Shown here: one piece after another, positions 19,249-30,572 of the stretch | Position numbering within the stretch: the stretch's first letter is position 1 | How the letters are laid out: every line of letters begins with the position of its first letter | Origin: Candidatus Acetothermia bacterium | GTDB lineage: Bacteria; Bipolaricaulota; Bipolaricaulia; RBG-16-55-9 | Direction: 5' to 3' | DNA: 64,000 nt | Assembly (NCBI GenBank): GCA_016201405.1 | Contig: JACQCZ010000016.1 | Span: forward strand, 23,798-87,797 | The notes under the pieces: model-generated | Database searches by the model: none | What the model saw: the letters and a program-made list of their open reading frames with translations, nothing else | What the model was told of the DNA's origin: nothing | Translations under genes and position numbers: made by a program

Positions 19249-20798
19249 ATTTTTTTCTCATGAATAACACAATCGTTTTGTGCCAGATGTTCAGGCCGAA
19301 GCAACGACCGGAAGAGATCTATCTCGCTTCTGCTAATGCCCCGCAATGAGAGTAAAATGATGAAATAGATGACCGCTCCCAAAATTGCAGTCCCCATAAT
19401 TGCAACGATGCCGTGGGGCATCAAAAGCAATAAGGACCCGTACATTCCTAGCCCTGCTATTAAAACCTTGATAAAGAACGCGAAGTCGAATCCGATGGAG
19501 AAGATTTTTTCTGAGCATACCACGACAAACCCCATCCGTACAAGGTAAGCAAGGAAAGTTGAAAGGGCCGCTCCCATGATCCCTATTTGCGGGATCAGCA
19601 GAATATTGAGAATGACATTCAGAATGGCTGAGCCCACAAACATCAGCGACATCAGTTTTGTGCGTTCAGTTAGATGCAATACATAAATATAAAACTGGGT
19701 GATCCCCATCCAAAGAATTCCCAACAAGATCGAGAGAACTAGCAGCGGATCGGTCACAAACTCATCCGAAGCAAAAAATCTTAATAGTTGAGATGACAAA
19801 AGATAGAGACCCAAGACGCTGGGAACCGCCAGGGTCAGATAATATCTCATGCAGTTTTGTAAATATCTCCTGGCTTCCATCTTTTTTTTGTCTTCCCAGA
19901 GTCTTGAAATAGTGGGGAATAGAACAAACGCAAGCGGCCATAAGAAGAGTACGGATAACTGTCCTAACGAATAAGAGGCGTTGTAAATGGCAACATTTTT
20001 CAATCCATCATCGAGCAGATGTGTAATAAAATAACGATCGCTCGAGTCGATGACCCATGCAAGAAACGTGCTGATAACCAAAGGCAAACTATAGCCGATA
20101 TAGAAAAAGAGCTTGGAACTCGCAACAGACCGGGGCAGTCCAGTCTGACGAATAATATTTGCTAGAACGACAGTGCAGACCATAGCTTCGACAAAGATGA
20201 AAGCCGTCAGCACACTTCCAAGACCTCCTCCCGTATTGACGAGGTAAAGGGACAAAGCCACTTCAAGAAGGGCTGACATCAGCTCAAGGGCTGTGTACCT
20301 TTTCATCTGACCTGATGTGCGGTAGAAGTTGAGCAAAAATGTGTATGAAGTGCGCGTCACCAAGAAGACTAAAAACAGCTCCACGAAGAAGACATACTGT
20401 GAACTCCCGAAAAGAAAGAGGGAAGCCTCCTCACGAAAGAGAAATCCCAGCCCGCATACAACAAGAAGACCAGCCCAAATCAGAAGCAAGAGCGCGAAGA
20501 AATCTCGATTGATCTCGCTCCTCGATTTTGAAGAGAGATAACGAACGACTGCCATATCGAGCCGCATCGTCAAAATGGGAACGAGCAAGGTCACTGTGAC
20601 GTTGATTTGAGTCCAAATGCCGTACTCTTCTGTGCCCAAGACCTTCGCGATGATGGGAAGAAGAATGAGGCCCCTCAGTTGCAAAACAATTTGCGCCAGA
20701 ACTCGCAACATAACATCACGAAAGAACTTTCTCTCCTCGTGATGAGCTTCGTTCGCAATCGCGTCAAAAGATTCTGGCTGCTGGGTCTGATCACTCAT
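19245..20798 (-). CDS. Wzx-type flippase (MOP superfamily), copy 1
   Basis: Many TM segments; LGTEEYG, DRYFI, LIPQIGIMGAA. Confidence 0.88.
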   Translation of the reverse strand: MSDQTQQPESFDAIANEAHHEERKFFRDVMLRVLAQIVLQLRGLILLPIIAKVLGTEEYGIWTQINVTVTLLVPILTMRLDMAVVRYLSSKSRSEINRDFFALLLLIWAGLLVVCGLGFLFREEASLFLFGSSQYVFFVELFLVFLVTRTSYTFLLNFYRTSGQMKRYTALELMSALLEVALSLYLVNTGGGLGSVLTAFIFVEAMVCTVVLANIIRQTGLPRSVASSKLFFYIGYSLPLVISTFLAWVIDSSDRYFITHLLDDGLKNVAIYNASYSLGQLSVLFLWPLAFVLFPTISRLWEDKKKMEARRYLQNCMRYYLTLAVPSVLGLYLLSSQLLRFFASDEFVTDPLLVLSILLGILWMGITQFYIYVLHLTERTKLMSLMFVGSAILNVILNILLIPQIGIMGAALSTFLAYLVRMGFVVVCSEKIFSIGFDFAFFIKVLIAGLGMYGSLLLLMPHGIVAIMGTAILGAVIYFIILLSLRGISRSEIDLFRSLLRPEHLAQNDCVIHEKKM

Positions 20799-20825
20799 CT
20801 CATCAAGGTTGAGCTCTTAGATTCT

Positions 20826-22517
20826 CTACGTCTTCTTCTCGGATCTCTCAGCTTGGATGAAACCTTGAGAGCTCAAATATTCAAGGATGCTATTGGCTGC
20901 AGCATCGGCACTCATCTGGCTAGTATCGATACCCATCTCTGGATTTCTCGGGACTTCATAGGGATCATCGATCCCAGTAAATTCCTTAATGAGACCGGCA
21001 CGCGCCTTGGCATAGAGTCCCTTACGATCTCTCTCTTCGCAGACCTCAATTGGAGTAGAGACATAAATCTCAATAAAGGCCCCGTACGGAGAGATCATCT
21101 CCCGCACTTCAGTCCGAGTCACCTCATAGGGGGCAATGGGCGCGCAGATGGCAATCCCACGATTCTTGGTGATCTCGCTCGCCACATAGCCTATTCGCCG
21201 GATATTGATATCCCGATCTCTCTTCGAAAACCCCAGCTCGCTCGAAAGGTGCTTCCTTACGATGTCACCATCGAGCAACGTCACAGGTCGGGTCCCAATC
21301 TCCATTAGTTTAGCCATCACTGTCTGAGCAATGGTCGATTTACCAGCGCCTGAAAGACCTGTAAAGAAGATAGTAAAGCCCTGTGATTGCCGTGGTGGAT
21401 GCACCTTCCGCAATTCTTGAATCACATCCGGATATGAAAACCACTCTGGAATCTCAGTCCCATCTCGAAGGCGCTTGCGAAGCTCCGTTCCAGAGAGCGA
21501 AAGCACCTTGGCTCCTTGGGAAACTTCAGAGACAGCGACGTAGCGCTTTGAGTCTTCAAGACAGACCATCTCTTCAAATGCTTTAATCATGATGCCCAGT
21601 TCATTTTCATGACTCTTGGCTAGCTCCTGTGCTTCGTAGGGACCGTAGAATGGCTTGCCATCACTGCCGAGGCCAGGCCCTGCGTGATCTCTCCCAATAA
21701 TGAAATGAGTGCATCCATAATTCTTGCGAATGATAGCGTGCCAAAGGGCCTCCCGCGGACCAGCCATTCTCATGGCCAACGGGAGCAAGCTGAGCATTGT
21801 AGATTCTTGTGGATAGTGTTTTAGAATAGCCTCATAGCAGCGGACTCGTACAAAATAATCGATATCTCCAGGGCTCGTTCTCCCGACGACCGGATGAAGG
21901 AGCAAGTCAGCCTTCAGCTCTTCTGAAGCGCGCCGGGTCAATTCGATGTGAGCACGGTGCATGGGGTTTCGGGTCTGAAAAGCGACAATCTTCTTCCAGC
22001 CTCGTCTATTAAATTGTTCGAGAAGCTCTAATGGCGTATGACGCAAATGATTAAACGTATGATGAGGTGGAAGCTCGATTCCTTCTAGATGTCCCCCAAC
22101 ATAGACCGGATGCATCTGGTGGAGCAGACTGGCAACCCCCGGATGAGCAACATCGGTCGTTCTGAAGACCGCCTGAGCTTCGCCGTGCAGATCTGGCTTC
22201 CAGATATCGGAGATTTCCAGAATGGCAAGAGCCATCCCTTCGGGATGTCGAAGCACCATTCTGTCTCCACAGGAAATCTTGCCAGCAAATTCCTCTGTTA
22301 CATCAAGATTGATCGGAATCGGCCAGAGGGTGCCATCACCAAGTCGCATTTCCTGACAGACCGAGCGATAATCAATTTCCGGTAAGAAGCCGGTCAGAGG
22401 AGCAAAAGCCCCGTTGAGAAGCAATTCCAGATCCCAGATCTGCCTTTGGTTCAAATCCCAGGAGATCAGAGTAAGGGCTTCCTCCTTTAATTCACTCACG
22501 TTTGCCCAAGTTACCAT
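20826..22517 (-). CDS. Bifunctional sulfate adenylyltransferase / adenylylsulfate kinase (Sat-CysC)
   Basis: FQTRNPMHRAH and GRDHAG in the Sat domain; TGLSGAGKST, LDGD and FTGIDDPYE in the kinase domain; GGAGG RBS before ATG 22517. Confidence 0.95.
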   Translation of the reverse strand: MVTWANVSELKEEALTLISWDLNQRQIWDLELLLNGAFAPLTGFLPEIDYRSVCQEMRLGDGTLWPIPINLDVTEEFAGKISCGDRMVLRHPEGMALAILEISDIWKPDLHGEAQAVFRTTDVAHPGVASLLHQMHPVYVGGHLEGIELPPHHTFNHLRHTPLELLEQFNRRGWKKIVAFQTRNPMHRAHIELTRRASEELKADLLLHPVVGRTSPGDIDYFVRVRCYEAILKHYPQESTMLSLLPLAMRMAGPREALWHAIIRKNYGCTHFIIGRDHAGPGLGSDGKPFYGPYEAQELAKSHENELGIMIKAFEEMVCLEDSKRYVAVSEVSQGAKVLSLSGTELRKRLRDGTEIPEWFSYPDVIQELRKVHPPRQSQGFTIFFTGLSGAGKSTIAQTVMAKLMEIGTRPVTLLDGDIVRKHLSSELGFSKRDRDINIRRIGYVASEITKNRGIAICAPIAPYEVTRTEVREMISPYGAFIEIYVSTPIEVCEERDRKGLYAKARAGLIKEFTGIDDPYEVPRNPEMGIDTSQMSADAAANSILEYLSSQGFIQAERSEKKT

Positions 22518-22537
22518 CGTGCAGTATCCCTCCGTTT

Positions 22538-23116
22538 TTAATCTGAGCACTCCAGTTTTTTTATAAAATGGGCTGGTACCCCCCCAATAAGACACTGGCC
22601 CTCAGGAAAGCTCTTTGTCACTACAGATCCTGCCCCTACGACTGTCATTGCGCCCAGGTTGACTCCAGGGAGAATGACAGAGTTCATCCCAAGCCAACAT
22701 TTTTCGCCAATTATAACGTCTTCTGCAGGCAGATGGCGATTGAGATCACAAGGATCATGGTTGGCAGTGATCAGCCCCACATTAGGAGCGATGTAGGTTC
22801 CTTTGCCAATGACAATCTTGCCCGAAAAATTTTGATAGTAACAGCCAATGGTCTGGAAATTGTTCAAATCATCTGGATCAAAAATAAGATTTTCCCAGCG
22901 AGATATGACAATCAATGGACTCACTGGCCAAGGAACATGTCGATTGAAACCTACAATCTTCTGGATGAATATGGATCTCCAGACCCAGTACCATCCTGTT
23001 GTCTGTCCTTCAAAGTGCCGTCCAGTCAGGTATTTTCGATCAAAAAAGATAGGGCCTATCAATTTCAAGATTGGAATTACCAGCGATCGGAAGAGAGTCT
23101 TCGAGAGCCGGGGCAT
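22538..23116 (-). CDS. Hexapeptide-repeat acyltransferase
   Basis: IAPNVGLITANHD, ILPGV, GAGSVVTK, GVPA. Confidence 0.85.
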   Translation of the reverse strand: MPRLSKTLFRSLVIPILKLIGPIFFDRKYLTGRHFEGQTTGWYWVWRSIFIQKIVGFNRHVPWPVSPLIVISRWENLIFDPDDLNNFQTIGCYYQNFSGKIVIGKGTYIAPNVGLITANHDPCDLNRHLPAEDVIIGEKCWLGMNSVILPGVNLGAMTVVGAGSVVTKSFPEGQCLIGGVPAHFIKKLECSD

Positions 23117-24411
23117 TATCGGACCTCCTCCACACTAAAAGAATAGACAACATATCGATATCCAAAGAAAAAAGCAATGTACGTCAGAACCATGCCAAGC
23201 GAGTAAAAAGCAACTGCTTCCGTTGGCGAGCTTCCAAGTGCGTGTGCACCATAAAGTGAGAGAACGACGAGGATGAGCCGGATGGCATCTCCATAAAGCT
23301 GAATATCCTGCCGCCCAACGAGATTGGCGCTAGGTGAGATCGATGAGACAATCATTTGCAGTGCCAGCGTTGGCGCCATGATTGCAGCCATGCAGCCAGC
23401 CTGAGACCAATCTGGGCCAAATAAGATTGGGAAGACCCAAGGACAGATCAAACCTGCCAACAGAAGGAGCGCGCTAATCTTAAACAACCTGCGAGTCGTC
23501 ATCTTGAATAAATGAATCAATGACGGATCTTCGGATTGCAACGCCTGTGATGCCTCTCCAATATATACCTGTGAAACGGAGCCACTGATCAACGTCACGG
23601 GAGCCCCCATCACACGCTGGACTAATGCAAATAGTCCTGCAGAGTGAGGGTCATAGAGAGAGATCAACAGAATCGGAGGAAGTTGAATCCCACCAATGTT
23701 AAGCAATCCTGACCAACTTGAGAAGAGGGGGAATCGCTTGTACTTCCGCCCAGCCTCTCTCATGCTTTCTGCTGTGACCTCATCAGAAAGTGCTTTGCGA
23801 TCCTGCTTCCATGAAGGAATTACAAGCCCTGCAGTAGAGCTGATCCTGCTAAAGAGATCTCCAATAAAAAGACCAATAGGTGAATGCCATAAAAATCCTA
23901 GAGAAGCCTGCGCGACGACCTGCCCGAGCCCTTGATTCACCCGGGATTGTGCGATGATTCCAAATCTCTGGTTTCGAATGGCCCAATAACTGACTGCCTG
24001 GTTGATCCCCGCAAAGAGCAAACTCCATGGCAGTATCCATAAATTGAGAGAGATATTTTCTGTGTTGATAAGCTGATCAAGACGCACTCCAAAAAGCTCA
24101 ACGATGAGCAGCACAAGCAAGCTGATGATCACGACAATCATGAGTGAAAGCGCAACCAGATTTAAAGCTGTCTTATTCTCGGTTGGTAGGGGTATCGCTA
24201 GCTCATATTTGAGAGATACTATGGCTATAAGCATAGTGAGGACTGAAAGATAAACTGAAAAGAGACCAAAATCTGTCGGTGTATAAAGCCGGGTCAGAAG
24301 CGGGGAAAACAAGAGAACCACGCTCTGACCCAAGCCAGTCCCGCCCGCTAAGATGATGGCATTACGTGCGAACCGATCTTGTGGGAGGAATCTCTTCAAA
24401 AGATGAATCAT
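23116..24411 (-). CDS. Wzx-type flippase, copy 2
   Basis: PLLTRLYTPTDFG, LKYELAI, KYKRFP; multi-TM. Confidence 0.88.
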   Translation of the reverse strand: MIHLLKRFLPQDRFARNAIILAGGTGLGQSVVLLFSPLLTRLYTPTDFGLFSVYLSVLTMLIAIVSLKYELAIPLPTENKTALNLVALSLMIVVIISLLVLLIVELFGVRLDQLINTENISLNLWILPWSLLFAGINQAVSYWAIRNQRFGIIAQSRVNQGLGQVVAQASLGFLWHSPIGLFIGDLFSRISSTAGLVIPSWKQDRKALSDEVTAESMREAGRKYKRFPLFSSWSGLLNIGGIQLPPILLISLYDPHSAGLFALVQRVMGAPVTLISGSVSQVYIGEASQALQSEDPSLIHLFKMTTRRLFKISALLLLAGLICPWVFPILFGPDWSQAGCMAAIMAPTLALQMIVSSISPSANLVGRQDIQLYGDAIRLILVVLSLYGAHALGSSPTEAVAFYSLGMVLTYIAFFFGYRYVVYSFSVEEVR

Positions 24412-24474
24412 AAATTCCCCCGATCAGACCCATTCGCAACCATCTCTAAGTCGCTTCGTTCCAATTTCGCTCCA

Positions 24475-25569
24475 TTACTTCCAATTCGATCTGATCAATA
24501 CATCGACAATCTTAGAAGCGGCACGGCCATCACCATAACAATCTGTCTGATCATCGCCTGATTGAGCATTTTGGGTGGCTCTCCCAATGCGCTTTGGATC
24601 TGTACCCGCCAGTTGATTCCAACCTGACTCAACAGTCTCGAGCCACTCTGTCTCGTCGCGTAGCGTGACGCAGGGAACCTGAAAGAAGAAGGCCTCTTTC
24701 TGCACGCCTCCAGAATCTGTCAAAATGATCTTCGCATTCTTCTCTAACAGAAGCATCTCTAGATATGAGACCGGCTCTATCGCTTTGGCATGATTTAGTA
24801 ATAAGCCAAACTCTTTCATCTTCCTGCGGGTTCGCGGATGAAGTGGGAATACTACGTTTAGACCACGTGCAGAAATTTCATCCAGTGCGCCCAGAATATT
24901 TTCAAGTCGTGTAGAATCGTCAGTATTTTCAGCACGATGAACTGTAGCGAGTGCATATCTTCTTGGGTCAAGAGCGAGCTTCTTCAGAATCAGCGCGTGT
25001 TTCTCTGCAAGGTTTGCATAGTGCAGAACAGAGTCATACATGACATCTCCCACATGATGGACCCCATGCACAATCCCTTCATTGGCTAGATTCGTTATTG
25101 CAGCCTGTGTGGGGCAGAAGAGCAAATTAGAGATGTGGTCGGTAAGCACACGGTTTACCTCTTCAGGCATGGTGCGGTTGAAGCTGCGGAGACCTGCCTC
25201 CACATGGGCTACCCGAATCTGCAGCTTGCCTGCAGCCAGTGCCCCGGCCAGAGTCGAATTTGTATCTCCGTAAACGACGACCCAATCTGGTTTCTCATTG
25301 AGGAGAACCCCTTCAGTGCGCTTCAGCATCTCCCCAGTCTGGAAGCCCTGCGCCCCCGATCCAACTCCCAAGTTGTAATCAGGCTCTTTTAAGCTCAGCT
25401 CATCAAAGAATATCTTGGACAGCTCTTTGTCGTAGTGCTGTCCGGTGTGAACTAGAATCTCTTGAATTCTGCAATGGACACCACTTTGATTATGTTCTTC
25501 TATGGCTTTCAAAATGGGACCAAGCTTGACAAATTGGGGTCTGGCACCCACGACATTGAGAATCTTCAT
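24475..25569 (-). CDS. UDP-GlcNAc 2-epimerase family, second copy (WbpI-like by context)
   Basis: GARPQFVK, HTGQHYD, GDTNST, HRAENTD, DSGGVQKEA; directly after the wbpE-like gene. Confidence 0.88.
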   Translation of the reverse strand: MKILNVVGARPQFVKLGPILKAIEEHNQSGVHCRIQEILVHTGQHYDKELSKIFFDELSLKEPDYNLGVGSGAQGFQTGEMLKRTEGVLLNEKPDWVVVYGDTNSTLAGALAAGKLQIRVAHVEAGLRSFNRTMPEEVNRVLTDHISNLLFCPTQAAITNLANEGIVHGVHHVGDVMYDSVLHYANLAEKHALILKKLALDPRRYALATVHRAENTDDSTRLENILGALDEISARGLNVVFPLHPRTRRKMKEFGLLLNHAKAIEPVSYLEMLLLEKNAKIILTDSGGVQKEAFFFQVPCVTLRDETEWLETVESGWNQLAGTDPKRIGRATQNAQSGDDQTDCYGDGRAASKIVDVLIRSNWK

Positions 25570-26714
25570 GCAGCCTTGGTGCGGTTTTTTGAACAGAACT
25601 CTTCGATCTCATAGCCCACCATTCGCCGCTCTTCACCCGTCAATTCAGGAAAGATTGGGAGTGAGAGCACTTCTCGGCTCACGCGTTCTGTAATTGGAAA
25701 ATCTCCCACTTTCCCGCCCAATGAGCGGATGGCAGGCTGCAGATGAAGCGGAAGCGGGTAATAGACAGTAGAGCCAATGCCTTTCTCCTGAAGATATTCT
25801 TGCAGCGCTTCTCGCTCGCCGTTCAGCACACACACGGTGTACTGGTGATAGACATGGGTTCGATGAGCAGCTTGAGCAGGCACGATTACTCCATCCAGAG
25901 AACGGAGAAGCTGGTCGTACGCAAGTGCATGCCCCTGACGAGCCTTGATCCACCTGTCTAGATGCCTCAGCTTGACTCGCAAGATCGCCGCTTGAAGAGC
26001 ATCCATGCGGCTATTCATGCCAATCATGTCATGGTGATACTTTGCTTTACTCCCCTGAACACGAAGCATCTGGACGCGCTCAGCCAGGTCGCTATCTTGC
26101 GTGATCACCAGGCCGGCATCTCCAAACGCACCGATATTTTTGGTGGGGAAGAAGCTGATACAGCCAAAATCTCCGATGCTCCCAGCCATATCTTCACCGT
26201 ACTTGCTTCCAATCGCTTGGGCGGCGTCTTCGATAACTCGCAAATTGAACTCATCGGCTAGAGCCACAATCTCATCCATATCTGCAGGCTGCCCATAGAG
26301 ATGGACGGGAATGATCGCCTTGGCTTGGCCTCTTAGCTTCATATCCGAGCCAAGCAGCTTGCGAATAGCCTTTGGATCTATATTGAACGTCTGCTCGTCG
26401 ATGTCAACAAAGAGAGGCTTCGCGCCAACATTGAGAATAGCGCTTGCCGTTGCAAAGAAAGTGAACGGGGTCGTAATGACCACATCGCCCGCTCCAATCT
26501 CAAGCGCACGGAGCGCAAGCCAGAGTGCATCAGTTCCGTTGGCCACGCCAATAGCATGTTTGACTCCCAAATATTTAGCTGCCTCATCCTCAAACGCCTG
26601 GACTTCAGGTCCCAAAATGTAGTGTCCAGAGGCCATCACTCTCTCGACTTCGGTCAAGATCTCCGGTTTCAAATGTTGATACTGGCGGGTCAGATCAAAC
26701 GATGGGATTTTCAC
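25566..26714 (-). CDS. DegT-family aminotransferase (WbpE-like)
   Basis: [36 protein letters not shown] start overlaps the upstream TGA. Confidence 0.9.
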   Translation of the reverse strand: MKIPSFDLTRQYQHLKPEILTEVERVMASGHYILGPEVQAFEDEAAKYLGVKHAIGVANGTDALWLALRALEIGAGDVVITTPFTFFATASAILNVGAKPLFVDIDEQTFNIDPKAIRKLLGSDMKLRGQAKAIIPVHLYGQPADMDEIVALADEFNLRVIEDAAQAIGSKYGEDMAGSIGDFGCISFFPTKNIGAFGDAGLVITQDSDLAERVQMLRVQGSKAKYHHDMIGMNSRMDALQAAILRVKLRHLDRWIKARQGHALAYDQLLRSLDGVIVPAQAAHRTHVYHQYTVCVLNGEREALQEYLQEKGIGSTVYYPLPLHLQPAIRSLGGKVGDFPITERVSREVLSLPIFPELTGEERRMVGYEIEEFCSKNRTKAA

Positions 26715-28288
26715 GAAACACGCTCCAGGGTCTCGTCTCCGCTCATGTGATACGAAAGGCCACATGCCTCACAAACGCCCTTCTTCCTCACGACTTTTAG
26801 CTTCACACCGCATTCGCAAATCCAGCCTGAGATTTGGGCAGGCACTCCCACAACCAAAGCGTAGTCAGGCACATCATGAGTCACGACGGCTCCTGCACCA
26901 ACAAAGGCAAATTTCCCGATTGTCGCTCCACAGACAATGGTGCAGTTGGCTCCGAGACTTGCACCCGTCCGAATCAGAGTGCTTTGAAACTCATGCTTAC
27001 GCACGACGGCGCTTCTTGGGTTATTCACGTTGGTAAAGACCATAGAAGGGCCACAGAAGACGTGATCCTCTAGCTGAACGCCCTCATAGACTGAGACGTT
27101 GTTCTGGATCTTGACGCCGTTGCCAATCTGGACGCCCTTGGCAACAAAGACGTTTTGGCCCAGTACGCAATTTGAACCGATCGAGGCTTGACTCATCACA
27201 TGGCTGAAATGCCAAATTCGGGTCCCAGCTCCAATGACCGCACCCTTATCTATGATTGCCGTGGGGTGGGCATAAAACGAATCACGGGGATGATCTAACG
27301 GCATTCGGGTTCCTTGGGCTTCGAGCGACTTCTGCGCTGCCTCCAGCACTTGCAGAACCCTTACACCTTCTTCTGCATCAGACATAGGGCGCTCCCGCGT
27401 GGCAACGGAATTGAGAAAATGCAAGCACTCTATTTTTAGAGGCTCTTCGCTTTCTAATTTCTCAGCAATGGGATCTGATTTTTGCGCCACAGGGACATTC
27501 CCGTGTGACCAGTCCACGCGGTGGGGATAGAGCAAGAGCTTCTCCTCCCAGGGGCGAGTATCATCAAAGACTGCCATTTGACGGTCCCCAACGACAACCA
27601 GCCGCTGCTCTTTGAAGGGGTGCAGCCAGCTCACATAAATATGGGCTTCAATGCCTGTCGCAAATGATAAGTGCGTAAGCGTCACATCTGCGATCTCTCG
27701 GTTGAGATAGCCAGCGCCATGACACGAGATCTGCTGGGGCATCTTGCCCACCAGGCGCAGAATGATGGCAACATCATGGGGCGCAAAGCTCCAGAGGGCG
27801 TTCTCTTCTGTGCGGATGCGACCCAAATTCAACCGATTCGAATAAATATATTGAACGCGTCCTAATGCACCTTCGTTCACCAATGCTCTCAGCCTTGTGA
27901 TCGCTGGATGATATTCTAGAACATGCCCCACCATGAGGATCCTATTGAGTCTCACAGACTCTTCAAGAAGTAATTTGCCCTCTTCTGATGTCAACGCCAT
28001 CGGCTTCTCAACCAACACATCTTTCCCAGCCCGCATGGCCGCCATGGCCAAGGCGTAGTGCGTGGGTGCCGGAGTAGCAATGACCACGGCCTGAATATCG
28101 GCTCGCGAGAGGACCTCTTCCGCTCGAAGGTGAACATCCACTCCAGCAAACTGGCTCTGGATCTCTCGAAGGCGCGCTGCATCCGAATCGCAAACCGCTT
28201 GAAGGGCACCCAGCTCGCTCCAGACTCGGACGTGGTTCCGCCCCCACATACCAGAGCCCAAAACTGCTACCGAGATTTTCTTGCCCAT
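26711..28288 (-). CDS. Fused Gfo/Idh/MocA oxidoreductase + N-acetyltransferase (WbpB-WbpD-like)
   Basis: GSGMWG and EKPM, followed by [23 protein letters not shown] and WICECG. Confidence 0.9.
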   Translation of the reverse strand: MGKKISVAVLGSGMWGRNHVRVWSELGALQAVCDSDAARLREIQSQFAGVDVHLRAEEVLSRADIQAVVIATPAPTHYALAMAAMRAGKDVLVEKPMALTSEEGKLLLEESVRLNRILMVGHVLEYHPAITRLRALVNEGALGRVQYIYSNRLNLGRIRTEENALWSFAPHDVAIILRLVGKMPQQISCHGAGYLNREIADVTLTHLSFATGIEAHIYVSWLHPFKEQRLVVVGDRQMAVFDDTRPWEEKLLLYPHRVDWSHGNVPVAQKSDPIAEKLESEEPLKIECLHFLNSVATRERPMSDAEEGVRVLQVLEAAQKSLEAQGTRMPLDHPRDSFYAHPTAIIDKGAVIGAGTRIWHFSHVMSQASIGSNCVLGQNVFVAKGVQIGNGVKIQNNVSVYEGVQLEDHVFCGPSMVFTNVNNPRSAVVRKHEFQSTLIRTGASLGANCTIVCGATIGKFAFVGAGAVVTHDVPDYALVVGVPAQISGWICECGVKLKVVRKKGVCEACGLSYHMSGDETLERVS

Positions 28289-28302
28289 AGAAAAAACCCC
28301 AT

Positions 28303-29604
28303 TTATAATCGCCAGAATAGAAGCCCTCTCGTCTTCTCAAGCTCCTCTTTGTGAAGGACTCCCTTCACATCCACGAGCACCGCAGATTTTTCTGAACCCA
28401 TGTTCAATAACCCGATAAAGGCCTCAGGCTTTTGGTCCAATAGGACTTGGTGGGGGACGGCTAAAATCACAGCATCATATTTCTCTTTTGTCGAAAATGG
28501 GTCTTCTACGACTTGAAGACCCAGCTTCATGAGGCGCTTGGTTTCTATCAGCGGATCATGAACCACAACATGGGCGTCAAATCGCCTTAACTCTTCAATG
28601 AGATCTACAACCCGAGTACTGCGAAGATCATTGACGTTCTCTTTGAACGCGACTCCCAAAACCAATATCTTGCTCTTCTGAATGCTCTTCCCTGCACGGG
28701 CAAGCAGGCGGATCGTCTCTTGCGCCACATAGGGAGCCATTGAATTGTTGATCTGTCTGCCAGCCAGAATCACTTGCGGGTGATAGCCGATTGTCTCGGC
28801 TTTGTGTGTCAAGTAATACGGATCGACGGGAATGCAGTGTCCACCCACCAGCCCTGGTTCAAATGGTAAAAAATTCCACTTTGTGCGAGAGGCTTTCAGG
28901 ACCTCTCTCGTGTCAATCGCCAGCCGGTGGAAGATGAGGGCAAGCTCATTCATAAGAGCGATATTCAGATCTCGTTGAATATTCTCGATCACTTTGGCCG
29001 CCTCTGCGGTGCGGATATTGGGTGCAGTATAGGTGCCAGCCAAAACTACCTCTCCATATAGTTTTGCCAATCTTTCAGCCGTCTTTGCATCTTGAGCAGA
29101 GACGACTTTGGTAATGGTAGACAGCGTGTGCTCCCGGTCCCCAGGATTGATTCGCTCTGGCGAATAACCGACAAAAAAATCTCGGCCTGCTTTCAGGCCA
29201 GACTCACGCTCCAGCACAGGCTGACAGACTTCTTCGGTGCAGCCGGGGAAGACCGTGGATTCATAAACGACTATTGCGCCTCTCTTAAGATGCTTCCCAA
29301 CAGTCGCGCTAGCGCTGACGAGCGGGGCAAGGTCAGGCTGGTTGGCAGCATCCACTGGACTTGGCACGGCAACAATCACCACATCGGCATCCTGAATCAC
29401 GGCTGGGTCATTGGTGTATGATAAATGAAGAGCTCGCAACTCTTCCGAGGATGTCTCTTCATTGCGATCAAAACTTTGCTGAAGTTCTTTGACCCGCTCA
29501 GCATTGATGTCATAGCCAATCGTGGTGCGAGTCTGGCCAAAGGCTGTCGCCAATGGCAATCCCACATACCCTAGTCCAACAACAACAAGCAGTTCACGAT
29601 CCAT
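28303..29604 (-). CDS. UDP-N-acetylhexosamine 6-dehydrogenase (WbpA/TviB family)
   Basis: [30 protein letters not shown]. Confidence 0.92.
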   Translation of the reverse strand: MDRELLVVVGLGYVGLPLATAFGQTRTTIGYDINAERVKELQQSFDRNEETSSEELRALHLSYTNDPAVIQDADVVIVAVPSPVDAANQPDLAPLVSASATVGKHLKRGAIVVYESTVFPGCTEEVCQPVLERESGLKAGRDFFVGYSPERINPGDREHTLSTITKVVSAQDAKTAERLAKLYGEVVLAGTYTAPNIRTAEAAKVIENIQRDLNIALMNELALIFHRLAIDTREVLKASRTKWNFLPFEPGLVGGHCIPVDPYYLTHKAETIGYHPQVILAGRQINNSMAPYVAQETIRLLARAGKSIQKSKILVLGVAFKENVNDLRSTRVVDLIEELRRFDAHVVVHDPLIETKRLMKLGLQVVEDPFSTKEKYDAVILAVPHQVLLDQKPEAFIGLLNMGSEKSAVLVDVKGVLHKEELEKTRGLLFWRL

Positions 29605-29606
29605 GC

Positions 29607-30572
29607 TCACGCCAGTCGCAGCTCCTTCGCCCATTGAGCGTTTTTGAAATACCACTCCACTGTTCTTTTCAAGCCTTCATCCAGTGGAATCTGCGGCTCC
29701 CACCCCAACAGACTCTTTGCTTTGGAGATATCGGCCCATGTTGCCGAAACGTCAGTCGGATGGGGGTCCAAATGGATTATTTTAGCCTTCTTGCATAGTA
29801 AGTCTTCCAGCGAAGTTATGATCCCCTTAAGCGAGGCAGGATGGTCTCCACCGAGGTTGATAATCTCGTAGCCAACAGGCTTAAGGGCCAGCAACGTCCC
29901 GCGGGCAATATCCTCCACATAGGTAAAATCACGCTCTTGCAAGCCATCGCCATAGAGCTGAAGAGGCTCACCCTCTGCAATCCAGCGGATGAAACGGAAA
30001 ATGCTCATATCGGGTCTCCCCGCTGGTCCAAAGACCGTGAAATAGCGCAACACGGTAACATCCAATCCATGCAGATAATGGTACGAATGGCACAAAACTT
30101 CAGCCGCCTTCTTGGAAGCTGCATAAGGCGACAGTGGCTGACTGGCTGGCTGGCTCTCACTGAATGGCCTCTCGGATTCTCCATAAATACTGGATGTGGA
30201 AGCCAGTACAAATTTTGCAACATTGAATTCTTTGCAAAGCTCGACGAGATTGAGAGTGCCGGTCACGTTGGTATCAAAATAGGTCCAGGGGTTCTCAATG
30301 CTTTGCCTCACACCCGCGCGGGCCGCAAGATTTATGACAGACTCAAAATCATGTTTTTGAAAAAGCTCTCGCAATTTCGCCTGATTTGTAATGTCAAGCT
30401 GTGCGAACGAGAATCTTTTGTCTTTTTTTAGCTGAGCTAGACGCCACTCTTTTAGCCTCACATCATACGCAGGGTTGAGATTGTCAATCCCAATAAACTC
30501 ATCTCCTTCATCCAGAAGCAATTGGGCAACACATGAACCAATAAATCCGGCACAGCCCGTCAAAAGCTTCAT
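29607..30572 (-). CDS. NAD-dependent epimerase (UDP-glucuronate 4-epimerase-like)
   Basis: TGCAGFIG, LAARAGVR, YAASK, GRPDM. Confidence 0.9.
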   Translation of the reverse strand: MKLLTGCAGFIGSCVAQLLLDEGDEFIGIDNLNPAYDVRLKEWRLAQLKKDKRFSFAQLDITNQAKLRELFQKHDFESVINLAARAGVRQSIENPWTYFDTNVTGTLNLVELCKEFNVAKFVLASTSSIYGESERPFSESQPASQPLSPYAASKKAAEVLCHSYHYLHGLDVTVLRYFTVFGPAGRPDMSIFRFIRWIAEGEPLQLYGDGLQERDFTYVEDIARGTLLALKPVGYEIINLGGDHPASLKGIITSLEDLLCKKAKIIHLDPHPTDVSATWADISKAKSLLGWEPQIPLDEGLKRTVEWYFKNAQWAKELRLA

